From the IMG/VR virus record IMGVR_UViG_3300031418_000003: a stretch of DNA of 64,000 nt. One strand, written 5' to 3'. Source of the DNA: a virus. Lineage: Duplodnaviria > Caudoviricetes. Each line of letters opens with the position of its first letter. Position 1 is the first letter of the stretch. The translations under genes were made by a program, and so were the position numbers. The notes under the pieces were generated by a model. The model saw only the letters and a list, made by a program, of their open reading frames with translations, ran no database searches and had not been told where the DNA came from. Of the stretch, positions 10,052-19,319 are shown one piece after another.

Positions 10052-10631
10052 TTGAGAAACTCACTAATGGTAAAATGGAATTGAATTTCGTGGCCTCGCA
10101 AATAGTTAGGTCGGCATCAGTGAGATCCCGCTTAACTACCGTCGATGGAATAATATCTGTCCACGCCTGAGTAATAATGTCATGATTGTTCACAAACGTT
10201 TCAAGCGTGATTACCACACCCCACTCGTCTTCATCAAGTAATCCTTTTAAAGCTGCGACCAGATACTTCCCGTCACCTGACATCCCTGCGTCATAAACAA
10301 CCGCAGAAGGTGCGTGGTAGGGAGGTGTCATGCGCAACCAACCTCGAGGATAACGTTGAATCGTAAAGTAGTTTGCATTGGTGATTTGAAAGCCCTGTTG
10401 AGTGACGTAGTATAACACGTTCATCTCTTGTTTCTCTTCATCGCAGGTGATGATGAGATATTCAGGATTAGTCTTATCACCGTTGCTGTAGGTAATCTGC
10501 GCTCGGCCTAACGAATTAAATATATCGAATCGAGGATAGGGGGCGATCTGATTGATATATTGCGGCGGTTCAACAGCAACTGCCTTAAAAGATAAAAAGA
10601 AAATAACAAGTAACCACATCAAACGTTTCAT
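10038..10631 (-). CDS. Secreted protein, paralog member 2
   Basis: Start refined to ATG 10631 (AAAGG SD); signal peptide ending AVA; LIITCD...MNVLY; C-terminal Cys. Confidence 0.75.
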   Translation of the reverse strand: MKRLMWLLVIFFLSFKAVAVEPPQYINQIAPYPRFDIFNSLGRAQITYSNGDKTNPEYLIITCDEEKQEMNVLYYVTQQGFQITNANYFTIQRYPRGWLRMTPPYHAPSAVVYDAGMSGDGKYLVAALKGLLDEDEWGVVITLETFVNNHDIITQAWTDIIPSTVVKRDLTDADLTICEATKFNSILPLVSFSNENQ

Positions 10632-10715
10632 GCCCACCCTTTACCAAGCCCTACAACCCAAAGGCCGCAAGGCTTAAAGTCAATTTGATTATGTATACCT
10701 GTTATTTCATCCAAC

Positions 10716-11264
10716 TTAAATTACAGGCGTGTTAGCGTCCTTGTTAACTGGACACTGAGCACTGAGCTTACCCAGCAGCTTTTTCCAGTCATTACCCACC
10801 AGGAAATATTCACTACCTTCCTGATCGATTTTTGGTTGCTGTGGGTTAAGTGAAGCAATGGCTTTCTCATAAATGGCCTTAGAACCAATTGGGAAACGCG
10901 CCACCTGAAACACTTTATCTGCACTCAGAACATTATAATAAACGTCGCCCTGGGTGGTCGTCTTTAACCCCACCACGAACTTGCCGGCACGGTCAGAGGT
11001 GTTCAGGTCGTTCATGCCGAACTTGCGAAACGCAAACAGATCGTACTGCTTGCCGTCTGCGCTGTAAGTGACATTGAGTTTGTGCGTTTCAGTATTACAG
11101 ATCACCGCGATCTCTCCACCTTCCTCACCACGGTTAGTCATACCAATCAATTTGGTACCAGGGACCTGCAATTCCTTCCAACCAAAGTCAGACTCAGGAG
11201 TAGCCATTACAGAAGTTGAAACCAGAACAACCAGGGAAACCAGAACAGCGATAAACTTTTTCAT
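10716..11264 (-). CDS. Secreted protein, paralog member 1
   Basis: Start refined to ATG 11264 (AAGGT SD); signal peptide ending VMA; IAVICN...LNVTY; C-terminal AQCP. Confidence 0.75.
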   Translation of the reverse strand: MKKFIAVLVSLVVLVSTSVMATPESDFGWKELQVPGTKLIGMTNRGEEGGEIAVICNTETHKLNVTYSADGKQYDLFAFRKFGMNDLNTSDRAGKFVVGLKTTTQGDVYYNVLSADKVFQVARFPIGSKAIYEKAIASLNPQQPKIDQEGSEYFLVGNDWKKLLGKLSAQCPVNKDANTPVI

Positions 11265-11301
11265 TACAATACCTTTTAAATTAAGTGAGTTATACACCAT
11301 G

Positions 11302-11316
11302 ATAATGTAGAGCTGA
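11302..11316 (-). promoter_or_regulatory. Early promoter motif variant (TCAGCTCTACATTAT)
   Basis: Matches the repeated motif including the downstream CATGGTG; heads the exported-protein array. Confidence 0.6.
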
Positions 11317-11333
11317 TTCAAGATGGAACTTAA

Positions 11334-11933
11334 TCAGAGACGACCCTTATATGTTTCTACTGCCGTCTTTGCATCGGTTATAGCAGAGGTAATGAATTTA
11401 CTGAGTTTAACCAGCAGCTCTATGAACTCTTTTTCCTTATGTTCGTAGAGCCTTGCTTTATCTTCACAAGACGCAATGTCTAAAAAGAAGTCATGTGTTA
11501 CAGATGTTCCCACGGCTACCATGGATGTATAAACCGCTGAAGGTCCTGTGTCTGAGTTCAAGAACTCCTTCATTACAAACACGCGGTCCCGATCGTAATG
11601 GTCCTTGTACACAGCGAGAAAGCGTCCCAAAAGATCGCGGAACTGTTCGAGCTTACGAACATAATCTTTGAGCGCATCTCCCCCACCTATATTTGGATTA
11701 GCATGCAGTTTGACAATTTGTGAGCCAATCTGAAAGACCAATTCAAAAACAGTGAACATCTGCTCACGAGGATAATAATCCTCACGGGTTAACATGGAAG
11801 GTTCGGTGTTCTCTTTCTCCGGCTTGATTTCCCAAACAGTACGGTTCGAGAGCTCATGTCGATAAGAGACCGAATTAAGAGAAGGTGACTTTTGCAACCA
11901 ATCTCTTTTGAAGGTACGTTTAACCCAGGCCAT
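11334..11933 (-). CDS. Hypothetical protein, accessory family A
   Basis: 199 aa; LHANPN...EFLN...LDIASC motifs shared with 13201-13779. Confidence 0.7.
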   Translation of the reverse strand: MAWVKRTFKRDWLQKSPSLNSVSYRHELSNRTVWEIKPEKENTEPSMLTREDYYPREQMFTVFELVFQIGSQIVKLHANPNIGGGDALKDYVRKLEQFRDLLGRFLAVYKDHYDRDRVFVMKEFLNSDTGPSAVYTSMVAVGTSVTHDFFLDIASCEDKARLYEHKEKEFIELLVKLSKFITSAITDAKTAVETYKGRL

Positions 11934-12433
11934 TATTTCTTTTCCAGAACAGTATCAGCTACACCATTTAAGATGTCGTAGTGATGATTGCTTTTATGTC
12001 TCCGTCTCATTTCCTGAGAGATGCTTCCCTTCATGGATTCATGTTCATCATAGACTTCGTACCTACGATACCCCAATTCCTTATTTCCCAGCAGCATGTA
12101 CCTTTTCCAACTAACTGACTTCAAGGCCGCCGGTGTCTCAACCCATTGATCAAAGACCTCTGCGTGCTCTGGGGTAAGGTTAATGGTGAAGCCCGTTTTA
12201 CTACTGAGGATAATGATCCCCGACCTGACTCGTTTAAAGTTAACCTTGATTGTTTCAAACGTATAGTCTGGTTTCTTTTTAGCCTTCAAAGCACAATTAG
12301 CTATTTTGAGCTCTTTGTCTATAAGTTCCAGAATAGGCGTGTAACTAACATGAGGTCTAACTAAAAAGAGGAAAGATCGTTGCATGAGATGACTAAGATT
12401 ACTGATCAACTCTTCTTTCTGATAATCTTTCAT
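11933..12433 (-). CDS. Hypothetical protein, accessory family B
   Basis: 166 aa, translationally coupled; DKEL motif and W...WK..Y motif. Confidence 0.65.
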   Translation of the reverse strand: MKDYQKEELISNLSHLMQRSFLFLVRPHVSYTPILELIDKELKIANCALKAKKKPDYTFETIKVNFKRVRSGIIILSSKTGFTINLTPEHAEVFDQWVETPAALKSVSWKRYMLLGNKELGYRRYEVYDEHESMKGSISQEMRRRHKSNHHYDILNGVADTVLEKK

Positions 12434-12892
12434 TTACCACCACCGTCGGTAGAAACTTTCATCCTCGCATTCTTCAAGTGTATCCGGTTTGCGAATACGC
12501 CATGATTTACACCAGGCAATCAGTTTGTTAATGTTTTCATCGGTAACCGTGACAGAACAACTGCCCCGTGTGATCACCACATGAATAGCAGGCGGATGAG
12601 TATCTTTATAGATGTTCTTCCACTGACGTTCTTGTTTAACCACGCTGAGTTCTGGATGGTTAATCGACGTCATGGATACATTTAGATATTTATACGGGCG
12701 GTACAACTCACCCATAGCCGACATACGCTGTGCACCCAACGTATAGCCGTTCTGAATAGAATTGGCAATACGAGTCAACTCTTTATCTAAGTCGGCTGAG
12801 ATTTGCTTAGAGGAGCGTTTAGAACGTTCTAGCACAGAGTTAATGGTGTAGATGCGCAGTCTAGCCAGTTCTTTATAGAAATCACTTTCCAT
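12434..12892 (-). CDS. Hypothetical protein, accessory family B
   Basis: 152 aa; DFYKEL, DKELTRI, W...KPDTLEE. Confidence 0.65.
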   Translation of the reverse strand: MESDFYKELARLRIYTINSVLERSKRSSKQISADLDKELTRIANSIQNGYTLGAQRMSAMGELYRPYKYLNVSMTSINHPELSVVKQERQWKNIYKDTHPPAIHVVITRGSCSVTVTDENINKLIAWCKSWRIRKPDTLEECEDESFYRRWW

Positions 12893-13211
12893 AACTTACC
12901 TTCCATTCTTCAACAGTAAGAGGTTTAGGGGCTTGCTTGAGCCAGTAATCGATATACGGTTTACTGGTCTTGTTTATTTCCAATCCTCTTCCACCATGTA
13001 GGGGGGTGAGAGTGAATGATTCCTGCCCAGGTTCAATTTTGAAATATTTACTACGGAACAAATGTCCGATACTAATAAAAGATAAAGAATGAAAGGTTAT
13101 CATTTCTGATTTAATCTCTTTCATCATTTTCTTCTTAGTATATTTCAATTCACTCGAAGAGATGGCGTTGATGACTAACAAACTTAATTGCTTACAGAAG
13201 TCATTTATCAT
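12882..13211 (-). CDS. Hypothetical protein, accessory family B
   Basis: 109 aa; DFCKQL, W...KPLTVEEWKVSYGK. Confidence 0.65.
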   Translation of the reverse strand: MINDFCKQLSLLVINAISSSELKYTKKKMMKEIKSEMITFHSLSFISIGHLFRSKYFKIEPGQESFTLTPLHGGRGLEINKTSKPYIDYWLKQAPKPLTVEEWKVSYGK

Positions 13212-13779
13212 CTTCTTTCTTCTCCGCTAGGGATTGATCGAGTTTCTCTTTTACCACTACCAAGTCTCGCTCAGACTCGATAATAAAAGCAACCAGATCT
13301 TTAAGGTATTTCTTTATGGAACTCGGTGTTCCACTGTGACGGTATTTCTTAAAACAACTTGATATCTCGAAGATACAATAATTGCTAGGTTGGTCTGGGT
13401 CTGCTGTCATAAACAACGTCCCACCAAACCCGTCGTTGATCGTTGCGTCATTCAGAAACTCACGACGAACAAACGGACCTTTACCTGTGGTAAGATGCTC
13501 TATCATATCCTGACACATTACCCTGATCAGAACGACCTTATCTACATATGCTTTAAATGAAGCTGCTAGATCGTCATCCGGGTTATTATGAAGAACAACG
13601 TAAGCACCTGGCCAGAAGAAACATAGCTTTATATTGAGCAAGTGTTTGTCGGTTGGAACTAACTTACCGTTCACCAGTGACTGAATAGGTGTAAAACGAT
13701 GACTGTAGATAAACCCTATTAACTCAGGTGGAGGTAAAACCATTTTGCGCTTGTGTTTGGCATGTTCAAGCTTTGCCAT
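13201..13779 (-). CDS. Hypothetical protein, accessory family A
   Basis: 192 aa; LHNNPD...EFLN...FEISSC. Confidence 0.7.
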   Translation of the reverse strand: MAKLEHAKHKRKMVLPPPELIGFIYSHRFTPIQSLVNGKLVPTDKHLLNIKLCFFWPGAYVVLHNNPDDDLAASFKAYVDKVVLIRVMCQDMIEHLTTGKGPFVRREFLNDATINDGFGGTLFMTADPDQPSNYCIFEISSCFKKYRHSGTPSSIKKYLKDLVAFIIESERDLVVVKEKLDQSLAEKKEDDK

Positions 13780-14122
13780 ATTGCTTCTTCCATTGCTCCA
13801 TGGTGTTTGGTCTGATTACGTAGTTCCAGCCTGATCCTTGGGCCCAGTTTTTAAATTCCTGCCAGTTGGCCTGATTCAGAATAACTTTAGATCCGTGAGT
13901 ATTAAGTGCTTGGATGTGGAGTTCCCATCCATGTTCTCCCTCATGTTTCTCTGTTACTTTGAGATACATATATTTCTTAGCGATGGGTTTACCTAAACGA
14001 ACAGCTTTAATAATGCGATCAAACTCGTTATCGACTTCACGCATTTTAATGTCACGCAGCCGCCGACGATTTTTATTATCGCATGCCATAATACGGATGA
14101 TGCTTAATGTTTCATGTAACAT
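13766..14122 (-). CDS. Hypothetical protein, accessory family B
   Basis: 118 aa; DNEFDRI, W...RPNTMEQWKKQYGK. Exact start uncertain. Confidence 0.6.
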   Translation of the reverse strand: MLHETLSIIRIMACDNKNRRRLRDIKMREVDNEFDRIIKAVRLGKPIAKKYMYLKVTEKHEGEHGWELHIQALNTHGSKVILNQANWQEFKNWAQGSGWNYVIRPNTMEQWKKQYGKA

Positions 14123-14145
14123 AAAAATAAAACCTCTTGTGAGAA

Positions 14146-14171
14146 CCTCCTCTGGGAAAACCCAGAGGAGG
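14146..14171 (-). terminator. Terminator hairpin
   Basis: 11-bp stem CCTCCTCTGGG/CCCAGAGGAGG with a 4-nt loop. Confidence 0.8.
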
Positions 14172-14192
14172 AACCGCCTGCTGGCCGATCAG

Positions 14193-14627
14193 TTAGTCAA
14201 ACAGTTTCTTGGCACGTTCAACGTTCTTTTCAGTGAAGGTGGAATACCAATCGACCATTTCCTGAGTATGAGGATGATCGATGAACAGGGAAGAACCACC
14301 GAACACTGTATCTTCGCCGACGGTTTCTTTCAGACGAATGTCTGCGTTCATGGTCAGACCGTCGAACAGAGACAGGCGGGCATCCCAGGTTTCATGTTTG
14401 GTTTCCGGGAAATGGGTGTGAGCGATCTCCGTTGCAGCCGCCTCCACCGCCAAACCCAGGCCATTGATCAGTTCAACACTTTCTTTTACCTGGTCCAGTT
14501 TCTCTTCGGTCAAAGAGGCCGGAATTTTGAAACTGATGTGATGAGTATCTTTGTGGATCTCAGCATTATCGATCAGTTCTTTGATGCGGGCGTCTTGTAC
14601 TTTACCGAAAGGTTTGTTCTGTGACAT
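14193..14627 (-). CDS. Hypothetical protein
   Basis: 144 aa, TAGGA SD, followed by its own terminator. Confidence 0.75.
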   Translation of the reverse strand: MSQNKPFGKVQDARIKELIDNAEIHKDTHHISFKIPASLTEEKLDQVKESVELINGLGLAVEAAATEIAHTHFPETKHETWDARLSLFDGLTMNADIRLKETVGEDTVFGGSSLFIDHPHTQEMVDWYSTFTEKNVERAKKLFD

Positions 14628-14680
14628 GATATATCCTATTGCATTAATGAGTGGTGGGTGTTACTAAATTGGTGTTGCGG

Positions 14681-16000
14681 TTACTTCTTACGACTGTTGG
14701 CAGCGTCCACGATCGCTTGGACATGTTTATCCTGTTCTTCTTTACTAACAGTCAGTCCAGTTTCAGGATCTGCCAGAATATACCCAAAGCGTTTGATGCT
14801 CATCTCGGTCAATTCCAATTGTACACGAGCTTCTTCGGCTTGCGCAGAAAGAGCATAAGCTTGACCAGGATTTTCATGAGGTAACAATGGTTCATTACCG
14901 AATCCAGAACGATAGAACTGACCTGGATCATTATCCGAACTCAAAGGTTTAACTTCATGTGAGAATTCAGCACGACAATGAGATGTCAGAGAAGGATAGC
15001 CCTGAAAGTCATCATAACCGAACAGTTCTTTCTTAGGGATCAGTTTCTGGGTGTGGGGGGTTTGTCGTGCCGTTTTAGCAAAGAAACCGATCGGCGTTGC
15101 CATCAGAACGATATCCTTATCACGAAGCCATTCTGGTGAAGGGTGACCAGACATTAGATGAAGATTAATGTCGGTACGACCCAGCTCTACCATATGGTTG
15201 GCAAACGCATGGTACATGTTTTCGCAAATGTTGGTATCTACCTGGCGATGATCAATGTAGACCCAGACATCTTTGGGATTATTGATAAAGAGCTCATTTA
15301 GAGTTACTTCAGGTAATTTCAAAATCCAGCGTATATCATCATCCAGTTCGACATGTGGTGTCTTTTGAACTATCCAATAACCAAACACGCTCAATTCTAA
15401 AACAATATCCGCCTTTTCAATCTCTTTCTGGATCAACCCGTCTTTTGAGAAACGTTCTTGGGGAATAGGATCCATAAGAACAAAGGAAGGGTCTTTGATA
15501 TCAGCAGAATCTGGATCTTCCTGGAAGAAAGCGTTAGTCAGGATATCCTGAAGGTGCCAAAATTGGAGAGAGTGTGCGTTCGACTGTTCAGGTGTCCCAT
15601 GAGGAATCAGCACCAGAACCCGCTCATCACCCTGAATCAACTTACCTGCTTCGATATATTTTCGATCGTACCCCGTTGGACCATGATGTTGATTAAGGTT
15701 GCTGCTGAGTTGCAGCTCATCCAGAGTCTTCTCCAACTGGTTAGCGGTATGAACAAAACCACCACTACGGGCATTGAGAAAAAGATAGATCTTATCCAGC
15801 AGCGGTTTGTTGTTTTCCTTTTTAGCCTGAGAGCGCAGTGCATAAACTTCTTGAATAGTCAGGGTAGAGAGATCGATTTCTTTGTTAACGTTTTCCATAT
15901 ATTCCTCGTTAGTAATCCTGCCTTCAGCAAGAGCTAATTTATGTTTCATTGACTCACTGCGTAATTCAGCGAGCCAACGTTCGTGAAGTTCCATAGTCAT
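14681..16000 (-). CDS. Hypothetical protein with two family C modules
   Basis: 439 aa; N-terminal charged helices, then two alpha/beta modules ending KADIVLE and DKDIVLM. Confidence 0.7.
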   Translation of the reverse strand: MTMELHERWLAELRSESMKHKLALAEGRITNEEYMENVNKEIDLSTLTIQEVYALRSQAKKENNKPLLDKIYLFLNARSGGFVHTANQLEKTLDELQLSSNLNQHHGPTGYDRKYIEAGKLIQGDERVLVLIPHGTPEQSNAHSLQFWHLQDILTNAFFQEDPDSADIKDPSFVLMDPIPQERFSKDGLIQKEIEKADIVLELSVFGYWIVQKTPHVELDDDIRWILKLPEVTLNELFINNPKDVWVYIDHRQVDTNICENMYHAFANHMVELGRTDINLHLMSGHPSPEWLRDKDIVLMATPIGFFAKTARQTPHTQKLIPKKELFGYDDFQGYPSLTSHCRAEFSHEVKPLSSDNDPGQFYRSGFGNEPLLPHENPGQAYALSAQAEEARVQLELTEMSIKRFGYILADPETGLTVSKEEQDKHVQAIVDAANSRKK

Positions 16001-16002
16001 TC

Positions 16003-16338
16003 CTAATAGAGAACAACATCCTCACCTAGACGAGCCATGTGTTTATGCCATTTGCCAATCTTGATCGTTCGATCTGTAACGAACAACGCAACTGTTGAAA
16101 TGGAACTGATATGGTGAGTTCTATCTTCAATCACACACATGGGTGACTTTGGATCCATCGGAGTAATGGTAATCACAGCAGCAGGGTTAACTTCCTGAAT
16201 CATTTTCACCAACTCACGAACACGTCTCTTAGTGGCCCGTTGTTCGATACCGACATACGACGCACCAAAACCGTGCACTATGGCAACGGTGGGAAAGGGA
16301 TGACCTTTCAGGAGTTCTGCTACTGTGCAATTATTCAT
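16003..16338 (-). CDS. Hypothetical protein, family C
   Basis: 111 aa; TVAELLKGHPFPTVAIV. Confidence 0.6.
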   Translation of the reverse strand: MNNCTVAELLKGHPFPTVAIVHGFGASYVGIEQRATKRRVRELVKMIQEVNPAAVITITPMDPKSPMCVIEDRTHHISSISTVALFVTDRTIKIGKWHKHMARLGEDVVLY

Positions 16339-16350
16339 TTTTATGTCCGA

Positions 16351-16683
16351 TTAAGGTAATTTAATTTGACCACTATTAAGCTGAGTTGCCGGAAGAAAAT
16401 CAAAGATTCTGATTTCATTTTCAGCAAGAACCGTCAATGTCAGTTTAAAGTTCTTAGAGAAATTTTGAACTTTTTTATTGACCGCAGTATAGTCAGTATC
16501 TTTAGCAAGGTAGGGGAGAACGGAAATTTCTACCATGGGATGTTCTTTACGGATTAGTGAAATGATTTTTACCAATCCCTTTTCACAGGAATCCTGGTCA
16601 TCCGTACCATCAGATGAAACCAATATCCCAATGGCTGGTACGGTACCCTCTTCTATCAGATTTGAGAGTAAAACTTCTTTCAT
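16351..16683 (-). CDS. Hypothetical protein, family C
   Basis: 110 aa, AAGGA SD; LLSNLIEEGTVPAIGIL. Confidence 0.6.
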   Translation of the reverse strand: MKEVLLSNLIEEGTVPAIGILVSSDGTDDQDSCEKGLVKIISLIRKEHPMVEISVLPYLAKDTDYTAVNKKVQNFSKNFKLTLTVLAENEIRIFDFLPATQLNSGQIKLP

Positions 16684-16756
16684 GATGATTCCTTACTAAG
16701 GTTAAGAAGATAAAGGAAGTACGTATTCGTCTCCCCAGCTTTTCAGCTTCATGTTA

Positions 16757-16772
16757 ATAATATCTATCTGAA
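16757..16772 (-). promoter_or_regulatory. Early promoter motif copy (TTCAGATAGATATTAT)
   Basis: Matches the repeated motif; intergenic. Confidence 0.7.
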
Positions 16773-16784
16773 GATATATAGCGC

Positions 16785-17039
16785 TTACTTTTTGAATTCT
16801 TCAGAAATAAACTCCTGGAAACAACCCAAGTCTATTTTTGTATCCGTACCTGTGGAGATGATATACCACTGACAGCCAGTTTTCTGATCAGTATAAATAT
16901 CCCCTTCTCCCGTTTGTTGGATAATGAGACGACCTGATTTATACGGACCTTCTGACCCATTGATATTTTTAATGGTGTTAACAGTCGCACTTGCAAATCC
17001 CGACACTAACAATAATGCTAAAAGAATCTTTTTCATCAT
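16785..17039 (-). CDS. Small secreted protein with two cysteines
   Basis: 84 aa; signal peptide ending ASA; DQKTGCQWY...GC. Confidence 0.7.
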   Translation of the reverse strand: MMKKILLALLLVSGFASATVNTIKNINGSEGPYKSGRLIIQQTGEGDIYTDQKTGCQWYIISTGTDTKIDLGCFQEFISEEFKK

Positions 17040-17437
17040 GAACGTCCGAAGTAACGTTTAGAGACGGCAACAGTAGAAGGGAGATCGGTGTAGCGCATGG
17101 CAAACATTCTCCCTTGTTCGTCTTCCATCACCATGAGTTCGACATCCAGTAGGATATCTTTAGTTAACCCTACCTTTTCGAATAAGATAGGATAGCCGGT
17201 ATTAAAGGGGCTAGCATCAAACTCTGGCTTACCTGAGGGTACACAATGCACCACGATAGATGAAACTCGTGAATTACGAGATTCGCTCATCTCTTTCTTC
17301 AATGCTTCTGCAGCAGACCCACCTTTGGGACTCTGCACGATTAACAGAGTTTTGACATTTCCCATAAAGAGAATATCGTCCAAAGTAAAGTTGGTCTTTC
17401 CTGCCATGTGAAAATAAACTGAATCTTCAAGTTTCAT
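17036..17437 (-). CDS. Hypothetical protein, family C
   Basis: 133 aa; FTLDDILFMGNVKTLLIV...DVELMVMEDEQG. Confidence 0.6.
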   Translation of the reverse strand: MKLEDSVYFHMAGKTNFTLDDILFMGNVKTLLIVQSPKGGSAAEALKKEMSESRNSRVSSIVVHCVPSGKPEFDASPFNTGYPILFEKVGLTKDILLDVELMVMEDEQGRMFAMRYTDLPSTVAVSKRYFGRS

Positions 17438-17446
17438 TTACTTACC

Positions 17447-18280
17447 TTAATTTAAGAGTAGCCAACCGTTGGGTTCTTTTGAAACATGACCGTTATCAAA
17501 CGGCAGATGGACGTCAACACGATCACCACGGATAACCAACGCGTAATCATATTGAATGTCAAACAAAGCAACGGACTCTTTCTCTGTTTCCCATCCCTTG
17601 AAGTCCTCAAGGAAATAGGCAGTGTGAAGGCGAGCCTTGATAGAAGAGTTTAAAATGGCATTGGTGATCTGAGTGACCTTACTGACGGTTTTACGCTTGG
17701 GTTGATCACCGAAATAACAGATAGTGATTTCGGCCTCACGGTTACGGGTCAGTTCATTTACCAACCACATATCCTCAGTTGGAAGAAGAACATCCAGATC
17801 GGCATCACGCAGTTCTTCCAGACCTTCATCATCCGTTTCATCGATATGGAATTTAACATTGCTGGGAAGGTCCTCTGCTTTATATACGTAGAGGTTACCT
17901 TTGACATCGATATAAAAACCAACATCGACAGTCATTAGCTTCTCCTTATCGACAGGTGTCCCATCGGCTAAGACAATTCGGTCTTCCGCATGACCTTGAA
18001 CAATATGCCCATTAACGACATCAACTTTAACTTCTGGAAACAATACACTTACAATCTTAGTAAGTTGACCGATCTTCTCACCAATGTTGTCGTTGATATC
18101 GAATTCTTGTTGAACCGAAAGGATGGTAATGGTTTCCGGTTTCATGATCCGCAGGAACAAACCAACAGGATGAGAATTTAAACTATGGGCGTTAACATCT
18201 TTAAAGAAGTAAGCCATTTTCTTACGATCAATTTTAGATTCTTTCTGAACAATACCTGAAACAATACTGGCTAATGACAT
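17447..18280 (-). CDS. Hypothetical protein with two family C modules
   Basis: Start refined to ATG 18280 (AGGAG SD). Confidence 0.65.
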   Translation of the reverse strand: MSLASIVSGIVQKESKIDRKKMAYFFKDVNAHSLNSHPVGLFLRIMKPETITILSVQQEFDINDNIGEKIGQLTKIVSVLFPEVKVDVVNGHIVQGHAEDRIVLADGTPVDKEKLMTVDVGFYIDVKGNLYVYKAEDLPSNVKFHIDETDDEGLEELRDADLDVLLPTEDMWLVNELTRNREAEITICYFGDQPKRKTVSKVTQITNAILNSSIKARLHTAYFLEDFKGWETEKESVALFDIQYDYALVIRGDRVDVHLPFDNGHVSKEPNGWLLLN

Positions 18281-18292
18281 AATGACTCCTAA

Positions 18293-18322
18293 CAACTTAC
18301 CCAGGACATCCTGGGTAAGTTG
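18293..18322 (-). terminator. Terminator-like hairpin
   Basis: CAACTTACCCAGGA/TCCTGGGTAAGTTG inverted repeat; intergenic. Confidence 0.7.
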
Positions 18323-18341
18323 AGTTAAAGGTTATGGGGTA

Positions 18342-19319
18342 TTACATTTCACCAAACTGTTTCGCAAAGGAAACCAATTTAGTTTTGAATTCCTGATGAA
18401 GCTCTCGGGTATAGTGATAACCCATCTTGGTGTTGGCTGGATAACGATCACTGTTCACAATAACGAAAGCAACATTATCTTTCCCGATATGATCGATCAA
18501 CCTTACACTGACGTACTCCATGTTCACATCCACTTCATTAATGAATGCAAACCGACCAGTCTTATTATGAGTAGCAATTACGTCCTCAGCTAACTCTTCA
18601 ACTTTATCCAGGTATTTAGTAATCTCAACTTCTGCTGACGATTCTTCAGACTCTAGGAAAGTAAGACGTTGAATAGTGTTGGTGTGGCGTGTACTCATAA
18701 CTATGAAGTGATCCTTTCTGCCGGGATGTTTACGCCCAGAGATAACAATAGGAGCTCGAATCCCAGCATCTGTACGATGAATCGTTGTCATCATCTCGTT
18801 ACCGAGATTAAGAATACTTTCTTTTGGCAATTCATCATTCTGAATGCGACGGAAAGCATCAACGAGATTACCAACTATTGTAGCGCGGCGTTCAGGTGTA
18901 AAGAACGTATCGTCTTTAACAACAGGAGGTGGACAGCTTACAAGATGCTCGAATCTTCCAGTGTTATCTTTAAAGCTAATAGCTCCGGTACTGTCACAGG
19001 AAATATCCCGAGAAAGACGCTCAGAAGAATACGTAATATCCAATCCACGAACATGATCTTTCATCAGCTCAAAGATGGATTTGAATTCAGCAGCATCTTT
19101 CAATTCGTAGAACCGACTACACGCATGGCGACTCATGAAAAGGAATTGTGGTCGAGAGAACCATTTTTCTGATTCAGGCTGATCTTTCGATGGGATAACT
19201 ACCCGAATAAAAGAACCCATTAATGGATCAATCAGGAAATCTCTGACCTCTGAATGATGCAGGAAGAAAGCGCGAGCATATGCAGCTTCGTTGGCGTAGC
19301 ATGATTTATCTTTTAACAT
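18342..19319 (-). CDS. Hypothetical protein
   Basis: 325-aa ORF, AAGGA SD. Confidence 0.7.
   Translation of the reverse strand: MLKDKSCYANEAAYARAFFLHHSEVRDFLIDPLMGSFIRVVIPSKDQPESEKWFSRPQFLFMSRHACSRFYELKDAAEFKSIFELMKDHVRGLDITYSSERLSRDISCDSTGAISFKDNTGRFEHLVSCPPPVVKDDTFFTPERRATIVGNLVDAFRRIQNDELPKESILNLGNEMMTTIHRTDAGIRAPIVISGRKHPGRKDHFIVMSTRHTNTIQRLTFLESEESSAEVEITKYLDKVEELAEDVIATHNKTGRFAFINEVDVNMEYVSVRLIDHIGKDNVAFVIVNSDRYPANTKMGYHYTRELHQEFKTKLVSFAKQFGEM

Noticed and set aside
13914-14624. 236-aa + strand ORF
   Set aside because: Antisense to two minus-strand genes and crosses a terminator hairpin.
16702-16752. 16-codon leaderless mini-ORF after an early promoter
   Set aside because: No SD, not coupled to the next gene, and a length expected by chance.
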